DNA of 64,000 bases. Source: Heterodontus francisci (Eukaryota). Below are positions 48,780 to 59,268 of the stretch, piece by piece. Below the pieces are notes generated by a model. It did not search any database, was not told where the DNA came from, and was given only the letters and a program-made list of their open reading frames with translations. Position numbers and translations under genes: made by a program. Positions within the stretch are counted from its first letter, which is position 1; each line of letters begins with the position of its first letter. The stretch is taken from assembly GCF_036365525.1 (NCBI RefSeq), contig NC_090399.1, positions 46,408,430-46,472,429 of the forward strand, in the 5' to 3' direction.

Positions 48780-51700
48780 TGAGTCGGATCCTGTTCCCCA
48801 GTGTGAGTGAGTCGGGTCTGTTCCCCAGTGTGAGTTAGTCGGGACCCGCTCCCCAGTGTGAGTGAGTCGGGGTCTGTTCCCCGGTGTGAGTAAGTCAGGG
48901 TCTGTTCCCCCGTGTGAATGAGTCATGATCTGATACACAGTGTGAGTTGGTCGGGGTCTGTTCCCCAGTGAGAGTGAGTCGGGGTCTGTTCCCCATTGTG
49001 TCTGAGTCCAGGTCCGTTCCCCAGTTTCAGTGACTCGGATCCTCTTCCCCAGTGTGATTGAGTCGGATCCTTGTCCCCAGTGAGAGTGAGTCGGGGTCTG
49101 TTCCCCAGTGTGAGTGAGTCGGTGTCTGTTCCCCAGTGTGAGTGAGTTGGGGTCTGTTCCCCAGTGTGAGTGAGTTGGGGTCTGTTCCCCAGTGTGAGTG
49201 AGTCGGTGTCTGTTCTCCAGTAAGATTGAGTCGTGGTCTGTTCCCCATTGTGTCTGAGTCCAGGTCTGTTCCCCAGTTTCAGTGACTCGGATCCCCTTTC
49301 CCCGTATGAGTGAGTCGGATCCTTGTCCCCAGTGTGAGTGAGTCGGGGTCTGTTCCCCCGTGTGAGTGCGTCATGTTCTGATACGCAGTGTAAGTTGGTC
49401 GGGGTCTGTTCCCCAGTGAGAGTGAGTAGGGGCCTGTTCCCTGGAGTGATTGAGTCGGGGTCTGTTCCCCCGTGTGAATGTGTCATGTTCTGATACCCAG
49501 TGTGAGTGAGTCGGGGTCTGTTCCCCAGTGTGAGTAGGGGCCTGTTCTCCGGTGTGAGTGAGTCAGGCTCCATTCCCCAATTTGAGTGAGTTGGACCCTG
49601 TTCCCGAGTGTGAGTGAGTCGGTGCCTGTTCCCCATTGTAAGTGAGTCGGGGTCTGTCCCCAGTTTGAGCGAGTCGGGGTTTGTTCCTGAGTCAGTGAGT
49701 CACGGTCTATTCCCCAGTGTGAGTGAGTCGGCGTCTGTTCTCCAGTAAGATTGAGACGTGGTCTGTTCCCCGTTGTGTGTGAGTCCAGGTCCGTTCCCCC
49801 GTTTCAGTGACTCGGATCCTCTTCCACAGTGTGAGTGAGTCGGATTCTTGTCCCCAGTGTGAGTGAGTCGGATGCTGTTCCCCAGCTTGAGCGAGTTGGC
49901 ATCCGTTCCCCAGTGTGAAAGAATCAGATCCTGTTCCACAGTGTGAGTGAGTCGGATCCTGTTCCCCAGTGTGAGTGAGTCGGATCCTGTTCCCCAGTGT
50001 GAATTAGTCAGATCCTTGTCCCCAGTGTGAGTGAGTCGGATCCTGTTCCCCAGTGTGCATGAGTCAGATCCTGTTCCCTAGTGTGAATTAGTCAGATCCT
50101 TGTCCCCAGTGTGAGTGAGTCGGATCCTGTTCCCCAGTGTGAGTGAGTCGGATCCTGTTCCCCAGTGTGAATTAGTCAGATCCTTGTCCCCAGTGTGAGT
50201 GAGTCGGATCCTGTTCCCCAGTGTGCATGAGTCAGATCCTGTTCCCTAGTGTGAATTAGTCAGATCCTTGTCCCCAGTGTGAGTGAGTCGGATCCTGTTC
50301 CCCAGTGTGAGTGAGTCGGATCCTGTTCCCCAGTGTGAGTGAGTCGGATCCTGTTCCCCAGTGTGAGTGAGTCGGATCCTGTTCCCCAGTGTGAATTAGT
50401 CAGATCCTTGTCCCCAGTGTGAGTGAGTCGGATCCTGTTCCCCAGTGTGAATTAGTCAGATCCTTGTCCCCAGTGTGAGTGAGTCGGATCCTGTTCCCCA
50501 GTGTGAGTGAGTCGGATCCTGTTCCCCAGTGTGAATTAGTCAGATCCTTGTCCCCAGTGTGAGTGAGTCGGATCCTGTTCCCCAGTGTGCATGAGTCAGA
50601 TCCTGTTCCCTAGTGTGAATTAGTCAGATCCTTGTCCCCAGTGTGAGTGAGTCAGATCCTGTTCCCTAGTGTGAATTAGTCAGATCCTTGTCCCCAGTGT
50701 GAGTGAGTCGGATCCTGTTCCCCAGTGTGAGTGAGTCGGATCCTGTTCCCCAGTGTGAGTGAGTCGGATCCTGTTCCCCAGTGTGAATTAGTCAGATCCT
50801 TGTCCCCAGTGTGAGTGAGTCGGATCCTGTTCCCCAGTGTGCATGAGTCAGATCCTGTTCCCTAGTGTGAATTAGTCAGATCCTTGTCCCCAGTGTGAGT
50901 GAGTCAGATCCTGTTCCCTAGTGTGAATTAGTCAGATCCTTGTCCCCAGTGTGAGTGAGTCGGATCCTGTTCCCCAGTGTGAGTGAGTCGGATCCTGTTC
51001 CCCAGTGTGAATTAGTCAGATCCTTGTCCCCAGTGTGAGTGAGTCGGATCCTGTTCCCCAGTGTGCATGAGTCAGATCCTGTTCCCTAGTGTGAATTAGT
51101 CAGATCCTTGTCCCCAGTGTGAGTGAGTCGGATCCTGTTCCCCAGTGTGAGTGAGTCGGATCCTGTTCCCCAGTGTGAATTAGTCAGATCCTTGTCCCCA
51201 GTGTGAGTGAGTCGGATCCTGTTCCCCAGTGTGAGTGAGTCGGATCCTGTTCCCCAGTGTGAATTAGTCAGATCCTTGTCCCCAGTGTGAGTGAGTCGGA
51301 TCCTGTTCCCCAGTGTGCATGAGTCAGATCCTTGTCCCCAGTGTGAGTGAGTCAGATCCTGTTCCCTAGTGTGAATTAGTCAGATCCTTGTCCCCAGTGT
51401 GAGTGAGTCAGATCCTGTTCCACAGTGTGAGTGAGTCGGATCCTGTTCCCCAGTGTGAGTGAGTCGGATCCTGTTCCCCAGTGTGCATGAGTCAGATCCT
51501 GTTCCCCAGTGTGAATTAGTCAGATCCTTGTCCCCAGTGTGAGTGAGTCGGATCCTGTTCCCCAGTGTGCATGAGTCAGATCCTGTTCCCCAGTGTGAAT
51601 TAGTCAGATCCTTGTCCCCAGTGTGAGTGAGTCAGATCCTGTTCCCCAGTGTGGGTGAGTCAGATCCTGTTCCCCAGTGTGAATTAGTCAGATCCTTGTC

Positions 51701-53900
51701 CCTAGTGTGAATTAGTCAGATCCTTGTCCCCAGTGTGAGTGAGTCGGATCCTGTTCCCCAGTGTGAGTGAGTCGGATCCTGTTCCCCAGTGTGAGTGAGT
51801 CGGGTCTGTTCCCCAGTGTGAGTTAGTCGGGACCCGCTCCCCAGTGTGAGTGAGTTGAACCCTGTTCCCCAGTGTAAGTGTGTCTGGACCAGTTCCCCAG
51901 TGTGAATGAGTCGGATCCTGTTCCCCAGTGTGAGTGAGTCGGGGACTGTTCCTCAGAGTGAGTGAGTCACAGTCTGTTCCCCTGTGTGAGTGTGTCACGG
52001 TCTATTCCCCAGTGTGAGAGAGTCGGGGTCTGTTCCCCAGTGTGAGTGAGTCGGTGTCTGTTCTCCAGTCAGATTGAGTCGTGGTCTGTTCCCCATTGTG
52101 TCTGAGTCCAGGTCCGTTCCCCAGTTTCAGTGACTCAGATCCTCTTCCCCCGTGTGATTGAGTCGGATCCTTGTCCCCGGTGTGAGTAAGTCGGGGTCTC
52201 TTCTCCCGTGTGAATGAGTCATGATCTGATACCCAGTGTGAGTTAGTCGTGGTCTGTTCACCAGTGTGAGTGAGTCGGGGTCTGTTCCCCGGTGTGAGTG
52301 AGTCGGATCCTGTTCCCCAGTGTGAGTGAGTCGGATCCTGTTCCCCAGTGTGAGTGAGTCGGGTCTGTTCCCCAGTGTGAGTTAGTCGGGACCCGCTCCC
52401 CAGTGTGAGTGAGTCGGGGTCTGTTCCCCGGTGTGAGTAAGTCAGGGTCTGTTCCCCCGTGTGAATGAGTCATGATCTGATACCCAGTGTGAGTTGGTCG
52501 GGGTCTGTTCCCCAGTGAGAGTGAGTCGGGGTCTGTTCCCCATTGTGTCTGAGTCCAGGTCCGTTCCCCAGTTTCAGTGACTCGGATCCTCTTCCCCAGT
52601 GTGATTGAGTCGGATCCTTGTCCCCAGTGAGAGTGAGTCGGGGTCTGTTCCCCAGTGTGAGTGAGTCGGTGTCTGTTCCCCAGTGTGAGTGAGTTGGGGT
52701 CTGTTCCCCAGTGTGAGTGAGTTGGGGTCTGTTCCCCAGTGTGAGTGAGTCGGTGTCTGTTCTCCAGTAAGATTGAGTCGTGGTCTGTTCCCCATTGTGT
52801 CTGAGTCCAGGTCTGTTCCCCAGTTTCAGTGACTCGGATCCCCTTTCCCCGTATGAGTGAGTCGGATCCTTGCCCCCAGTGTGAGTGAGTCGGGGTCTGT
52901 TCCCCCGTGTGAGTGCGTCATGTTCTGATACGCAGTGTGAGTTGGTCGGGGTCTGTTCCCCAGTGAGAGTGAGTAGGGGCCTGTTCCCTGGAGTGATTGA
53001 GTCGGGGTCTGTTCCCCCGTGTGAATGTGTCATGTTCTGATACCCAGTGTGAGTGAGTCGGGGTCTGTTCCCCAGTGTGAGTAGGGGCCTGTTCTCCGGT
53101 GTGAGTGAGTCAGGCTCCGTTCCCCAATTTGAGTGAGTTGGACCCTGTTCCCGAGTGTGAGTGAGTCGGTGCCTGTTCCCCATTGTAAGTGAGTCGGGGT
53201 CTGTCCCCAGTTTGAGCGAGTAGGGGTTTGTTCCTGAGAGTAAGTGAGTCACGGTCTATTCCCCAGTGTGAGTGAGTCGGCGTCTGTTCTCCAGTAAGAT
53301 TGAGACGTGGTCTGTTCCCCGTTGTGTGTGAGTCCAGGTCCGTTCCCCCGTTTCAGTGACTCGGATCCTCTTCCACAGTGTGAGTGAGTCGGATCCTTGT
53401 CCCCAGTGTGAGTGAGTCGGATGCTGTTCCCCAGCTTGAGCGAGTTGGCATCCGTTCCCCAGTGTGAAAGAGTCAGATCCTGTTCCACAGTGTGAGTGAG
53501 TCGGATTCTGTTCCCCAGTGTGAGTGAGTCGGATCCTGTTCCCCAGTGTGAATTAGTCAGATCCTTGTCCCCAGTGTGAGTGAGTCGGATCCTGTTCCCC
53601 AGTGTGCATGAGTCAGATCCTGTTCCCTAGTGTGAATTAGTCAGATCCTTGTCCCCAGTGTGAGTGAGTCGGATCCTGTTCCCCAGTGTGCATGAGTCAG
53701 ATCCTGTTCCCCAGTGTGCATGAGTCAGATCCTGTTCCCCAGTGTGAGTGAGTCAGATACTGTTCCCCAGTGTGGGTGAGTCAGGGTCTGTTCCTCAGAG
53801 TGAGTGAGTCACGGTCTATTCTCAAATGTGAGTGAGTCGGGGTCTGTTCCCCACTTTGAGTGAGTTGGGATCCGTTCCCCAGTGTGAAATAGTCAGATCC
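48780..53900. repeat. Array domain C: two highly diverged monomer blocks (offset ~3,547) flanking a homogeneous GATCC-variant subarray at ~49,940-51,790
   Basis: ORF pairs 49027/52574 and 49700/53249 match. The inner subarray is built almost only from TCGGATCCTG, GAATTAGTCAGATCCTTGT and GCATGAGTCAGATCCTG monomers. Confidence 0.85.
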
Positions 53901-56900
53901 TGTTCCCCAGTGTGAGTGAGTCGGGGTCTGTTCCCCAGTGTCAGTGAGTCGGGGTCTGTTCCCCAGTGTCAGTGAGTCGGATCCGTTTCCCCAGTGAGAG
54001 TGAGTTGTGGTGTGTTCCCCAGTGTCAGTGAGTCGGATCCGTTTCCCCAGTGTGAGTGAGTTGTGGTCTGTTCCCCAGTGTCAGTGAGTCGGGGTCTGTT
54101 CCCCAGTGTGAGTGAGTCGGGGTCTGTTCCCCAGTGTGAGTGAGTCGGGGTCTGTTCCCCAGTGTGAGTGAGTTGTGGTGTGTTCCCCAGTGTCAGTGAG
54201 TCGGATCCGTTTCCCCAGTGTGAGTGAGTTGTGGTCTGTTCCCCAGTGTGAGTGAGTTGTGGTGTGTTCCCCAGTGTCAGTGAGTCGGGGTCTGTTCCCC
54301 AGTGTCAGTGAGTTGTGGTCTGTTCCCCAGTGTGAGTGAGTCGGGGTCTGTTCCCCAGTGTCAGTGAGTCGGGGTCTGTTCCCCAGTGTCAGTGAGTTGG
54401 GGTCTGTTCCCCAGTGTCAGTGAGTCGGGGTCTGTTCCCCAGTGTCAGTGAGTAGGGGTCTGTTCCCCAGTGTCAGTGAGTCGCATCCGTTTCCCCAGTG
54501 TGAGTGAGTTGTGGTCTGTTCCCCAGTGTCAGTGAGTCGGATCCGTTTCCCCAGTGTGAGTGAGTTGTGGTCTGTTCCCCAGTGTCAGTGAGTCGGATCC
54601 GTTTCCCCAGTGTGAGTGAGTTGTGGTCTGTTCCCCAGTGTCAGTGAGTTGGGGTCTGTTCCCCAGTGTCAGTGAGTCGGGGTCTGTTCCCCAGTGTCAG
54701 TGAGTCGGGGTCTGTTCCCCAGTGTGAGTGAGTTGTGGTCTGTTCCCCAGTGTCAGTGAGTTGGGGTCTGTTCCCCAGTGTCAGTGAGTCGGATCCGTTT
54801 CCCCAGTGTGAGTGAGTTGTGGTCTGTTCCCCAGTGTTAGTGAGTCGGGGTCTGTTCCCCAGTGTCAGTGAGTCGGGGTCTGTTCCCCAGTGTGAGTGAG
54901 TTGTGGTCTGTTCCCCAGTGTCAGTGAGTCGGGGTCTGTTCCCCAGTGTGAGTGAGTTGGTGTCTGTTCTCCAGTGTGAGTGAGTCGGGGTCTGTTCCCC
55001 AGTGTGAGTGAGTTGTGGTCTGTTCCCCAGTGTCAGTGAGTCGGGGTGTGTTCCCCAGTGTCAGTGAGTCACGGTCTATTCTCAAATGTGAATGAGTCGG
55101 GGTCTGTTCCCCACTTTGAGTGAGTTGGGATCCGTTCCCCAGTGTGAAATAGTCAGATCCTGTTCCCCAGTGTGAGTGAGTCGGGGTCTGTTCTCCAGTG
55201 TCAGTGAGTCGGGGTCTGTTCCCCAGTGTCAGTGAGTCGGGGTCTGTTCCCCAGTGTCAGTGAGTCGGATCCGTTTCCCCAGTGAGAGTGAGTTGTGGTG
55301 TGTTCCCCAGTGTCAGTGAGTCGGGGTCTGTTCCTCAGAGTGAGTGAGTCACGGTCTATTCTCAAATGTGAGTGAGTCGGGGTCTGTTCCCCAGTGTGAG
55401 TGAGTTGGGATCCGTTCCCCAGTGTGAAATAGTCAGATCCTGTTCCCCAGTGTGAGTGAGTCGGGGTCTGTTCCCCAGTGTCAGTGAGTCGGGGTCTGTT
55501 CCCCAGTGTCAGTGAGTCGGATCCGTTTCCCCAGTGAGAGTGAGTTGTGGTGTGTTCCCCAGTGTCAGTGAGTCGGATCCGTTTCCCCAGTGTGAGTGAG
55601 TTGTGGTCTGTTCCCCAGTGTCAGTGAGTCGGGGTCTGTTCCCCAGTGTGAGTGAGTCGGGGTCTGTTCCCCAGTGTGAGTGAGTTGTGGTGTGTTCCCC
55701 AGTGTCAGTGAGTCGGATCCGTTTCCCCAGTGTGAGTGAGTTGTGGTCTGTTCCCCAGTGTGAGTGAGTTGTGGTGTGTTCCCCAGTGTCAGTGAGTCGG
55801 GGTCTGTTCCCCAGTGTCAGTGAGTTGTGGTCTGTTCCCCAGTGTGAGTGAGTCGGGGTCTGTTCCCCAGTGTCAGTGAGTCGGGGTCTGTTCCCCAGTG
55901 TCAGTGAGTTGGGGTCTGTTCCCCAGTGTCAGTGAGTCGGGGTCTGTTCCCCAGTGTCAGTGAGTCGGATCCGTTTCCCCAGTGTGAGTGAGTTGTGGTC
56001 TGTTCCCCAGTGTCAGTGAGTCGGATCCGTTTCCCCAGTGTGAGTGAGTTGTGGTCTGTTCCCCAGTGTCAGTGAGTCGGATCCGTTTCCCCAGTGTGAG
56101 TGAGTTGTGGTCTGTTCCCCAGTGTCAGTGAGTTGGGGTCTGTTCCCCAGTGTCAGTGAGTCGGGGTCTGTTCCCCAGTGTCAGTGAGTCGGGGTCTGTT
56201 CCCCAGTGTGAGTGAGTTGTGGTCTGTTCCCCAGTGTCAGTGAGTTGGGGTCTGTTCCCCAGTGTCAGTGAGTCGGATCCGTTTCCCCAGTGTGAGTCAG
56301 TTGTGGTCTGTTCCCCAGTGTTAGTGAGTCGGGGTCTGTTCCCCAGTGTCAGTGAGTCGGGGTCTGTTCCCCAGTGTGAGTGAGTTGTGGTCTGTTCCCC
56401 AGTGTCAGTGAGTCGGGGTCTGTTCCCCAGTGTGAGTGAGTTGGTGTCTGTTCTCCAGTGTGAGTGAGTCGGGGTCTGTTCCCCAGTGTGAGTGAGTTGT
56501 GGTCTGTTCCCCAGTGTCAGTGAGTCGGGGTCTGTTCCCCAGTGTCAGTGAGTCACGGTCTATTCTCAAATGTGAGTGAGTCGGGGTCTGTTCCCCACTT
56601 TGAGTGAGTTGGGATCCGTTCCCCAGTGTGAAATAGTCAGATCCTGTTCCCCAGTGTGAGTGAGTCGGGGTCTGTTCTCCAGTGTCAGTGAGTCGGGGTC
56701 TGTTCCCCAGTGTCAGTGAGTCGGGGTCTGTTCCCCAGTGTCAGTGAGTCGGATCCGTTTCCCCAGTGAGAGTGAGTTGTGGTGTGTTCCCCAGTGTCAG
56801 TGAGTCGGGGTCTGTTCCTCAGAGTGAGTGAGTCACGGTCTATTCTCAAATGTGAGTGAGTCGGGGTCTGTTCCCCACTTTGAGTCAGTTGGGATCCGTT

Positions 56901-59146
56901 CCCCAGTGTGAAATAGTCAGATCCTGTTCCCCAGTGTGAGTGAGTCGGGGTCTGTTCCCCAGTGTCAGTGAGTCGGGGTCTGTTCCCCAGTGTCAGTGAG
57001 TCGGATCCGTTTCCCCAGTGAGAGTGAGTTGTGGTGTGTTCCCCAGTGTCAGTGAGTCGTATCCGTTTCCCCAGTGTGAGTGAGTTGTGGTCTGTTCCCC
57101 AGTGTCAGTGAGTCGGGGTCTGTTCCCCAGTGTGAGTGAGTCGGGGTCTGTTCCCCAGTGTGAGTGAGTTGTGGTGTGTTCCCCAGTGTCAGTGAGTCGG
57201 ATCCGTTTCCCCAGTGTGAGTGAGTTGTGGTCTGTTCCCCAGTGTGAGTGAGTTGTGGTGTGTTCCCCAGTGTCAGTGAGTCAGGGTCTGTTCCCCAGTG
57301 TCAGTGAGTTATGGTCTGTTCCCCAGTGTGAGTGAGTCGGGGTCTGTTCCCCAGTGTCAGTGAGTCGGGGTCTGTTCCCCAGTGTCAGTGAGTCGGGGAC
57401 TGTTCTCCAGTGTCAGTGAGTCGGGGTCTGTTCCCCAGTGTGAGTGAGTTGTGGTCTGTTCCCCAGTGTCAGTTAGTCGGGGTCTGTTCCCCAGTGTCAG
57501 TGAGTCGGGGTCTGTTCCCCAGTGTGAGTGAGTTGTGGTCTGTTCCCCAGTGTGAGTGAGTCGGGGTCTGTTCCCCAGTGTCAGTGAGTCGGGGTCTGTT
57601 CCCCAGTGTCAGTGAGTCGGATCCGTTTCCCCAGTGTGAGTGAGTTGTGGTCTGTTCCCCAGTGTCAGTGAGTCGGATCCGTTTCCCCAGTGTCAGTGAG
57701 TTGGGGTCTGTTCCCCAGTGTCAGTGAGTCGGATCCGTTTCCCCAGTGTGAGTGAGTTGTGGTCTGTTCCCCAGTGTCAGTGAGTCGGATCCGTTTCCCC
57801 AGTGTGAGTGAGTTGTGGTCTGTTCCCCAGTGTCAGTGAGTCGGATCCGTTTCCCCAGTGTGAGTGAGTTGTGGTCTGTTCCCCAGTGTCAGTGAGTTGG
57901 GGTCTGTTCCCCAGTGTCAGTGAGTCGGGGTCTGTTCCCCAGTGTCAGTGAGTCGGGGTCTGTTCCCCAGTGTGAGTGAGTTGTGGTCTGTTCCCCAGTG
58001 TCAGTGAGTTGGGGTCTGTTCCCCAGTGTCAGTGAGTCGGATCCGTTTCCCCAGTGTGAGTGAGTTGTGGTCTGTTCCCCAGTGTCAGTGAGTCGGGGTC
58101 TGTTCCCCAGTGTCAGTGAGTCGGGGTCTGTTCCCCAGTGTGAGTGAGTTGTGGTCTGTTCCCCAGTGTCAGTGAGTCGGGGTCTGTTCCCCAGTGTGAG
58201 TGAGTTGGTCTCTGTTCTCCAGTGTGAGTGAGTTGGGGTCTGTTCCCCAGTGTGAGTCAGTTGTGGTCTGTTCCCCAGTGTCAGTGAGTCGGTGTCTGTT
58301 CCCCAGTGTCAGTGAGTCGGGGTCTGTTCCCCAGTGTCAGTGAGTTGTGGTGTGTTCCCCAGTGTGAGTGAGTCGGGGTCTGTTCCCCAGTGTCAGTGAG
58401 TCGGATCCGTTTCCCCAGTGTGAGTGAGTTGTGGTCTGTTCCCCAGTGTCAGTGAGTCGGATCCGTTTCCCCAGTGTGAGTGAGTTGTGGTCTGTTCCCC
58501 AGTGTCAGTGAGTTGGGGTCTGTTCCCCAGTGTCAGTGAGTCGGGGTCTGTTCTCCAGTGTCAGTGAGTCGGGGTCTGTTCCCCAGTGTGAGTGAGTTGT
58601 GGTCTGTTCTCCAGTGTCAGTGAGTTGTGGTCTGTTCCCCAGTGTGAGTGAGTTGTGGTCTGTTCCCCAGTGTCAGTGAGTCGGGGTCTGTTCCCCAGTG
58701 TCAGTGAGTCGGGGTCTGTTCCCCAGTGTGAGTGAGTTGTGGTCTGTTCCCCAGTGTCAGTGAGTCGGGGTCTGTTCCCCAGTGTCAGTGAGTCGGGGTC
58801 TTTTCCCCAGTGTGAGTGAGTTGTGGTCTGTTCCCCAGTGTCAGTGAGTCGGGGTCTGTTCCCCAGTGTGAGTGAGTTGGTGTCTGTTCTCCAGTGTGAG
58901 TGAGTCGGATCCTGTTCCCCAGTGTGTGTGAGTCGGTGTCTGTCCCCCAGTCTGAGTGAGTCGGGGTCTTTTCCCCAGTGTGAGTGAGTCGGACCCTCTT
59001 CCCCAGTGTGAGTGATTTGGGGTCCGTTCCTCAGTGTGAGTGAGTCAGATCCTGTTCCCCTGTGTGAGTGAGTTGGGTTTTGTTCCCCAGTGTGTGTGAT
59101 TCAGTGTCTGTTCCCCAGTGCGAGTGATTCAGGGTCTGTTCCCCAG
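53900..59146. repeat. Array domain D (terminal), with GTGTCAG, TTGTGG and GGATCCGTTTCCCC variants, a ~1.5-kb period, and a decayed last ~250 bp
   Basis: The marker ACGGTCTATTCTCAAATG occurs at 53811, 55071, 55351, 56555 and 56835; all spacings are exact multiples of 28. Confidence 0.85.
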
Positions 59147-59268
59147 CATAATTGGTTTGAGTATTGATTCACTCCTCATTTCCTGAAGTATTTTTTTTAG
59201 TGCCACACATTGAACACATGCTTGATCTGGAAGGGGAGCCTTTCAGATTTCTGAATTTCTAACCATAT

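Larger units (their letters stand above)
12470..48780. repeat. Array domain B, near-consensus monomers with GGGCCAGTT, TCTGGACCAGTT, GTGTCAG and TTGGGG variants; contains 1,536-, 5,160- and ~9,008-bp duplications and two 530-bp higher-order blocks
   Basis: ORF pairs are offset by 5160 (19819/24979), 1536 (22138/23674) and 9008 (30171/39179, 31712/40720). Boundaries are approximate. Confidence 0.85.
1..59146. repeat. Large tandem satellite/minisatellite array with a 28-bp monomer (consensus CTGTTCCCCAGTGTGAGTGAGTCGGGGT), roughly 2,100 monomers in one orientation; continues beyond the left edge
   Basis: The monomer recurs continuously from base 1 to ...GGGTCTGTTCCCCAG at ~59,146, then unique AT-rich sequence begins. 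Occasional 24-, 26-, 27- and 29-bp monomers come from small indels in the GT/GA tract or the G/C runs. Confidence 0.99.

Noticed and set aside
172-53488. Dozens of minus-strand ORFs up to 575 aa as real genes or zinc-finger proteins
   Set aside because: They are translations of a 28-bp repeat that is stop-free on that strand. They overlap in all three frames, shift frame at 26/27-bp monomers, often use non-ATG starts, and lack CxxC.
1-59146. CRISPR array (28-bp repeat with a weak palindrome)
   Set aside because: Monomers abut directly with no unique spacers, no cas genes are present, and the context is eukaryotic.
1-59146. V(D)J recombination signal array (CCCAGTG/CACAGTG resembles the heptamer)
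   Set aside because: The consensus lacks the essential CAC on the plus strand, and I found no ACAAAAACC-like nonamer at 12 or 23 bp spacing on either strand.
1-59146. Telomeric repeat, or a confirmed centromere
   Set aside because: There are no TTAGGG tracts, and centromere function cannot be determined from sequence.
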